Made by a program: the position numbers and the translations under genes. This document shows positions 58,913 to 64,000 of a DNA stretch of 64,000 bases, in pieces (the first letter of the stretch is position 1; the number at the start of each line of letters is the position of its first letter). The stretch is from Thermofilaceae archaeon (lineage in GTDB: Archaea > Thermoproteota > Thermoprotei > Thermofilales > Thermofilaceae). Under the pieces are notes generated by a model. It saw only the letters and a list, made by a program, of their open reading frames with translations, was not told where the DNA came from and made no database searches. The stretch lies in assembly GCA_038861545.1 (NCBI GenBank), contig JAWCCZ010000001.1, positions 64,001 to 128,000 of the forward strand. Reading direction: 5' to 3'.

Positions 58913-60694
58913 TCAGAAATCCATTGCATTCATTATCTGCTCCGGGAGCATTAATCCAAGCCCTTGAAGGGTGACTTTACTCAGCTCTACCTGTGCTCTT
59001 AAAAGTTCTCGAAATTCATCCATAGAGATGTAGGAGGTTGGTTCCAGTTGCCGCAGTCTCTCCTGGCTTATACCTGGCACTTCGGCAGGAACAAGAACTT
59101 TTTCGCCCCATATAGGGTGAGTTTTCCACTTTACAGAGTCCCTAGCTGCTTGAAGAAGGAATAATTCAGTTTCTTCAATTTTAGGGCTTGTGCCCCCCAC
59201 CGGTTTAAGGACTCCTCCACTTACTTCGAGAGCTGGCTCCGGTACTCGTAGTATTCTGTTATATATTTTAACTTCAGTCCACCGGTATTGAGCTATGATT
59301 CTACCCGTGGTATTAAGCATGTATACGTCTACTCTATGACCTCTTTTCTCCCATTTTTTAAGGAGCTCATAGAAACGTATAACGTGAGCATCGTCACCCA
59401 CGCCGACAGTAAACTCGGAGTATCTTGGTACAAACCTCACTCTACCTATGAGTTCCCTTGCTTGAGCAGGATGACCAACAGTTCTCCCATCGGCTAGGGC
59501 TTTAGCTATGAAAGCTGAATCATTCAACTTAACCCACGCATAGTCCGTAAAGTAACCAGGAGACAGAAAAACAGCCATATTGAGAGGTCCATCTGAGTCA
59601 ATTTGTCCATCGAAGTAACCGGTATCCTCTAAGTGTATCACAGACCTAGCGTTTCTATTTGGAGAATCAAAATAATGGAAAATTTCTCCCTTGAAACTCG
59701 GGTGTCCAGTTTCATCGAACTCCGTGTTTTCATGCAAAGCTCTTGAGCTTATGCAAGCATTCCACAATGCTTCCTGCTCAGGTGTCAGGTCCTCGGTTTT
59801 AACCCAAGCGCCTCTTTCGGAGCCGTATACCCTATCCTCGTCAATTGCTATAATATCATCATTTCTAATTTTCTGGTCTCTCACGTAATCTAGAGGATTT
59901 ACACCAAATTTCTCGATGTATACTCTTACGTTTCGCGGCGTCCATACGTAAAGACCGTGTGTGGTTTTTCCCGAGCCCGTTAAGCCCCATATAACCATCG
60001 TTACCCTTTTCCACTTCCCGGAGATCGTGAGAACATCAAATTCTCTCAGAGCAGCGTGTTCTCCAGTGCAGCCTTTTTTATATACGTGGTAGATCCAATG
60101 TCTTAAAGCACCTTTTTTGATCTCTCCTTGGTATGATGAAAGCGTTATGATTGTGAGATTATGGTTAGGGAAAACTAGTATGGCCATGAGCCTACTGGTT
60201 CCCGGTACGAGAGGGTTTCCAAGATAGTGCGGGATTACGAATAGCTCTACGTCCGGTTTCTCATCACTAGGCGCTGGAAAAACTAGCTTTTTCCAGCGGT
60301 AGGCTAAGTCAGGGAATTGGGGGTCAACATATACCGTCGTATGCATCTGAACTTTGCTACCAGGTCTTCCGTAGTAGCCGTCCACTTTTATGAGAGGTCC
60401 TTGCGCTAGAATATGTTCAAGAACTCGGCGCATAAGTAACTTGTGCTCCGGCTTCAACTCGTTTACATCGTTAACCACTACGGTGTTAGCGGCTGAACGG
60501 CTCCAGATGTTAGACGCCCAGCCTAACGCCTTATTCTTATAATGCGTAGCATACAACTTAGCTCTCTCCAAGAGATCTGGAGGATTATCGAGCAGTGGTA
60601 TCATTCCAGCTTTTGATTTGTATTCGATGATTCGCTTGAATGCACTCCTAAAGGCATCCGGGCTTAGCTCAGCTGTAGAGGGTATGAGGTTCAT
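58913..60694 (-). CDS. pckA: phosphoenolpyruvate carboxykinase, ATP-type-like (divergent)
   Basis: YQGEIKKG, EHA, GLTGSGKTT, NDD, LHEN, NRNAR, YMLNT. Confidence 0.78.
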   Translation of the reverse strand: MNLIPSTAELSPDAFRSAFKRIIEYKSKAGMIPLLDNPPDLLERAKLYATHYKNKALGWASNIWSRSAANTVVVNDVNELKPEHKLLMRRVLEHILAQGPLIKVDGYYGRPGSKVQMHTTVYVDPQFPDLAYRWKKLVFPAPSDEKPDVELFVIPHYLGNPLVPGTSRLMAILVFPNHNLTIITLSSYQGEIKKGALRHWIYHVYKKGCTGEHAALREFDVLTISGKWKRVTMVIWGLTGSGKTTHGLYVWTPRNVRVYIEKFGVNPLDYVRDQKIRNDDIIAIDEDRVYGSERGAWVKTEDLTPEQEALWNACISSRALHENTEFDETGHPSFKGEIFHYFDSPNRNARSVIHLEDTGYFDGQIDSDGPLNMAVFLSPGYFTDYAWVKLNDSAFIAKALADGRTVGHPAQARELIGRVRFVPRYSEFTVGVGDDAHVIRFYELLKKWEKRGHRVDVYMLNTTGRIIAQYRWTEVKIYNRILRVPEPALEVSGGVLKPVGGTSPKIEETELFLLQAARDSVKWKTHPIWGEKVLVPAEVPGISQERLRQLEPTSYISMDEFRELLRAQVELSKVTLQGLGLMLPEQIMNAMDF

Positions 60695-60744
60695 ACAGTC
60701 TCTAGTGAAATTGGAAAAGAGGAGTATTTAAATAAAATTTAACG

Positions 60745-62043
60745 CTACCAATGGCTACGGTATCGAAATCTCATGTAAAACACATACCAGGCCGCGCCAA
60801 ATAGAATTATTAATGAGCCGGCAGCTATAGCCCAAGCCCCTGTGCTCAGCATTAGAACAACGCTAGTGGCTAATCCAGTTAAAGCATGCAGGGGCCTAAG
60901 AGGAGCCTTAAACGGAGCCTCAATTTTCTTCCTGTAAAGTCTAAGGTCAGCTAAGTTGGTGAGAACGTGAGAGGCTAGGACTAGGAAACTGGTAAGTGTT
61001 GCAAGCCCTGAAACATCTACGGTTAACGCTAAGATTACCATTATGCATCCCGAGAAGAGAATGGAGTAAACGGGAGTTCTCAACCTTGGGTGCACCTTGG
61101 AGAGAATCACTGGTATCTCTTCGTTTCTAGCCATCGCGAAGAAAACCCTAGACTGTCCCATAGCAGATGTCAATACTACGCTGAATGTAGCAAGTAAACC
61201 ACCTATACCGATAATCCAGACGATTCCTAGATCTTTCGCTACCTCCCCTAAGGGGGCAGGGCTCTCACTAAGTCTTTCCCACCCAGCTATACCTACCGCT
61301 GTTATGGTTACAAATAAGTAGATGAGTGTAGACGTGCCCAAAGCAATAAGTATAGCTCGCGGAATGTTTTTCTCCGGATCCTTTACTTCTTCAGCCATGG
61401 TACTTATTCTCGGAAAGCCTATGTAAGCGAAATAGAATAAAGCAGCAGCGCTTACCATCGCTGCGGGACCTTTAGGTAGAAATGGTGAAAAGTTACTCGT
61501 TTTAACTTTGGGAAGCCCTATTATAGAAAACAGCATTAGCGTTAGTACTTTCCCCGCTACGATAACATTGTTAAACGAAACCGATAACTTTGCACCAGCT
61601 ACATTGAATATTACAACGATCAGTATTAAAAGCATGGATGATACCCTATAATTTAACCAAGGGACAAAAAGCGAAAGGTAGTAACCGAAGCCTAGGCTTC
61701 CAGTAGCGCCTAACACGATGTTACCGAAAACCCACATCCATCCCATGACGAAACCGGCCAAAGGATGCAGCAGCGTGTGCCCGTACTCGTATACACCACC
61801 AGCTTTCGGCAAAGCAGCACCCAGTTCAGAGAAGCTAAGTGCTGTAAAAGAAGCACTTAAACTCGATATAATTACTGATAATATAACGCTAGGACCGGTT
61901 ATTCCAGCCGCTATACCTACGAGGACAAAAATACCAGCACCGATTATTGCTCCTAAGCCGATAAATATCGAGTCAATTAAGCTAAGTTCTCTCTTCAATA
62001 CAGGCTTTGGAATGGTCGAATTCACAGAATACCCAGGAATCAA
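60745..62043 (-). CDS. APC family amino acid permease
   Basis: GAIIGAGIF, ELGAALPKAGGVY, FFAYIGF-like motif, EEVKDPEKNIPR. Confidence 0.93.
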   Translation of the reverse strand: MIPGYSVNSTIPKPVLKRELSLIDSIFIGLGAIIGAGIFVLVGIAAGITGPSVILSVIISSLSASFTALSFSELGAALPKAGGVYEYGHTLLHPLAGFVMGWMWVFGNIVLGATGSLGFGYYLSLFVPWLNYRVSSMLLILIVVIFNVAGAKLSVSFNNVIVAGKVLTLMLFSIIGLPKVKTSNFSPFLPKGPAAMVSAAALFYFAYIGFPRISTMAEEVKDPEKNIPRAILIALGTSTLIYLFVTITAVGIAGWERLSESPAPLGEVAKDLGIVWIIGIGGLLATFSVVLTSAMGQSRVFFAMARNEEIPVILSKVHPRLRTPVYSILFSGCIMVILALTVDVSGLATLTSFLVLASHVLTNLADLRLYRKKIEAPFKAPLRPLHALTGLATSVVLMLSTGAWAIAAGSLIILFGAAWYVFYMRFRYRSHW

Positions 62044-62329
62044 GTAGAATATAAAAAGTATAAGAGCTAATCCACGAACTTAATGAGTATCCTTGTGCTA
62101 GTCATACTTGAAAGTACAAGTAATTGGCTAGCACTCAGATAGTTTATCCTTATAAATCCTGTCTAACCATTAATTACTTACCTAACATCGACACCTTACA
62201 CGGCTTATGTATAAACTTGAGGTATACGAGTTTTATTTGTATTCAAATTTTTCGCTTGCCCGTACCATTATAAAAGATAAAAATTTATTAGATTAGATTA
62301 AAGAGCTCTGAGATAGTTAACGTTTAATC

Positions 62330-62782
62330 CTACTTTAGCTCAGCTGAGCCCCAGTGGTAGAACACCAGAGGTTTTTCATTCCTAAGCTTGTAGCCGTCAA
62401 TAACCTGCCCAATAACAAGCACATGGTCTCCTATTTCAAAAGTTTTCTCTAACTTACACTCGAGAACAGCAATAGCATCCGCTAGCACAGGCGCGGTGAT
62501 ACTCTTAGCTTCAAGCATCCTAATTGTGCCAACTTCAAACTTGTCGAGGTTCTACCCTGAAACTGAGCCGAAAACCCCATACGCAGCGCTTTCCAAGCTC
62601 TTGCCTACTATATTAACAGCGAACATAGCGACCATTAGGAGTGGAGGGTTTACTGAGATCCATGATACCCATGCAGCAGTCATTCCACCCCTTTTTCCAG
62701 GCTTATTTGGATCACCGGCAGTTACTATTGTAAGCGGCTGTGGTAGGGCGCTGAATGCTTCTTTAAAGTCCAGCTTTGTCAT
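62330..62782 (-). pseudogene. flavin reductase family protein, disrupted
   Basis: GMTAAW..ISVNPPL, FAVN, SG*NLDKF (in-frame TAG 62552-62554), LEC, GDHVLVIG; the two track ORFs share one frame; apparent internal deletion before MFAVN. Confidence 0.85.
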
Positions 62783-63015
62783 AGGTAACTGGTTAAATAT
62801 AAAAAAAGCTTTACGGCGCTAATTTGTGTGCTAACCAGTTAAAACGGGTATTACGATACCCCTGTAGTAGATAAACTCATCCTCTTCCCTACCCTTCTTC
62901 AAGTAATATTTCTAAAATCACTGTTAAATTAGACTAACTTTACCAATGGAGTTATTTCTTTTATTATATGAAAAGGGTTTCAAAAACCGAACTCGATGGT
63001 CTGTAAGCTAATGGT

Positions 63016-63720
63016 TATCCCGTCGGTGTAAGTCTTTTAAAAGTGGCGTAAAGTATTAGTGTCTGCAGCATGTAAACCAAAGCGGCTGCGTAGAGAGGAG
63101 CGTCGATCCAAATATCCAGGAGGCGTCCTTATCCTAGCCCGCTCATCGCTTTTCACGAGGCTCATTTGCAGTGTTTAAATTAAGGGATTTAACATATTAA
63201 CTAGAGTGCTTCTGAGGGTAAAGAAAGCTGCTGCTAAAGTGAAACTCAGGCTCATTGCCGTTACTATGAAAAGTGGTACGGAGACAGCATAGTAGCTCCA
63301 GTGATTAGTACATTTGAGCTACTCCTAGAAACTCTAGTTCAGCAGCCTTAACTGTTTTTTACAAAGTAGTAACCGATATTCTGGACAGCGATTCCACTTC
63401 CAAAGGATAGGAGTGCGCTTATTCGGCTAGTTTTAGTGTTATATTAGAAAGCTAAATTAAATTTATCCTGCCTTAATCCCCAGTAAGGGGTAAAGCAGCT
63501 AACATAAGCAAACTCGTAGCTGCAAGCAAGAATAGTTTATAGATTTCTAACGTTCCTTCGAAGATACCAGATAGCGATAGTAAAGAAGGGGTTGAAAATA
63601 TTCCAATACTAGTACAGGCTAACGAGATTATTTGGTAGACTGAGAAAGCTTTAGTCATTTTCAAGCTATCTCCAGCTGAATCCGCAAAGAGTGGTGTAAC
63701 TGACACACTTACAGCAGCGT
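63016..63720 (-). pseudogene. MFS transporter remnant
   Basis: Hydrophobic fragments (PLFAD...AFSVYQII; GRLLDIWIDAPLYAAALVY...) broken by stops and frameshifts. Confidence 0.55.
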
Positions 63721-63761
63721 CAAGGAAATATGTGATATACTGAAGAAAGTTGGAGTCGGTT

Positions 63762-64000
63762 ATGGTTGAAATATTTGAAAAATACGAAAAGATTCTGAGA
63801 AAAGTGAAGAAAATTGGCTCGGCGAGTATTACCGGTGCCGGTAAAGTTATAGGAGGATCCTATGAGACGGTATCTATAGCCGGAAGTGGGTCCATAGACG
63901 GCTACCTTGATGCTGAGGAGGTAAAAGCTACTGGATCCGCTGTTTTCCGGGGTAACGTAAGTGCAAGCATAGTTTCGTTTGCCGGTGCAGCGAAAATAGA
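63762..64000 (+). CDS. bactofilin / YhbE-like beta-helix protein, N-terminal part (runs off the window)
   Basis: Repeats SITGAGKV, SIAGSGSIDG, ATGSAVFRGNV, SFAGAAKI; open to the window end. Confidence 0.65.
   Translation, partial: MVEIFEKYEKILRKVKKIGSASITGAGKVIGGSYETVSIAGSGSIDGYLDAEEVKATGSAVFRGNVSASIVSFAGAAKI

Noticed and set aside
62552-62554. In-frame TAG as pyrrolysine or readthrough, tempting because of mtaB
   Set aside because: TAG ends many intact genes here, no pyl genes are in the window, and the same gene appears to have an internal deletion
1-64000. CRISPR arrays, transposases, integrases and the many short antisense ORFs in the track
   Set aside because: No regularly spaced repeats or mobile-element motifs were seen; the short ORFs lie inside confidently assigned genes

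Overview
Archaeal chromosome segment, probably Thermoproteota and Thermofilaceae-like. This is inferred from gene content (DUF2192-rpl10e, alpha/beta-type splicing endonuclease subunit, aCPSF1, Lrp/TrmB regulators) and BRE-TATA promoters; background GC is roughly 40-45% by eye. The first ~17 kb is core information processing: aCPSF1, tRNA-Pro(CGG), Rio1, aIF-1A, NMD3, L10e, TrmJ, aIF5B, S6e, aIF2-gamma, RFC and Cdc6. Its intergenic gaps hold two C/D-box guide sRNA candidates and a possible H/ACA-like hairpin. From 17-33 kb there are ABC exporters, an S-layer-like protein, a GPN GTPase, tRNA-processing genes and an orphan MtaB-type methanol:corrinoid methyltransferase. From 33.9-38.9 kb is a GC-richer block with decayed uvsE and ybgA, an intact photolyase and a fused guaA. 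From 39-64 kb are accessory metabolic and transport genes with many pseudogenes (PAP2, nitroreductase, pcp, flavin reductase, MFS), a ChrB-like/unknown/prenyltransferase-repeat trio, and an unexplained ~65% GC structured element at ~52.17-52.31 kb that is the best candidate for an undescribed ncRNA. No CRISPR array, rRNA or intact mobile element was seen. Product calls rest on recognising motifs by eye, not on database searches.
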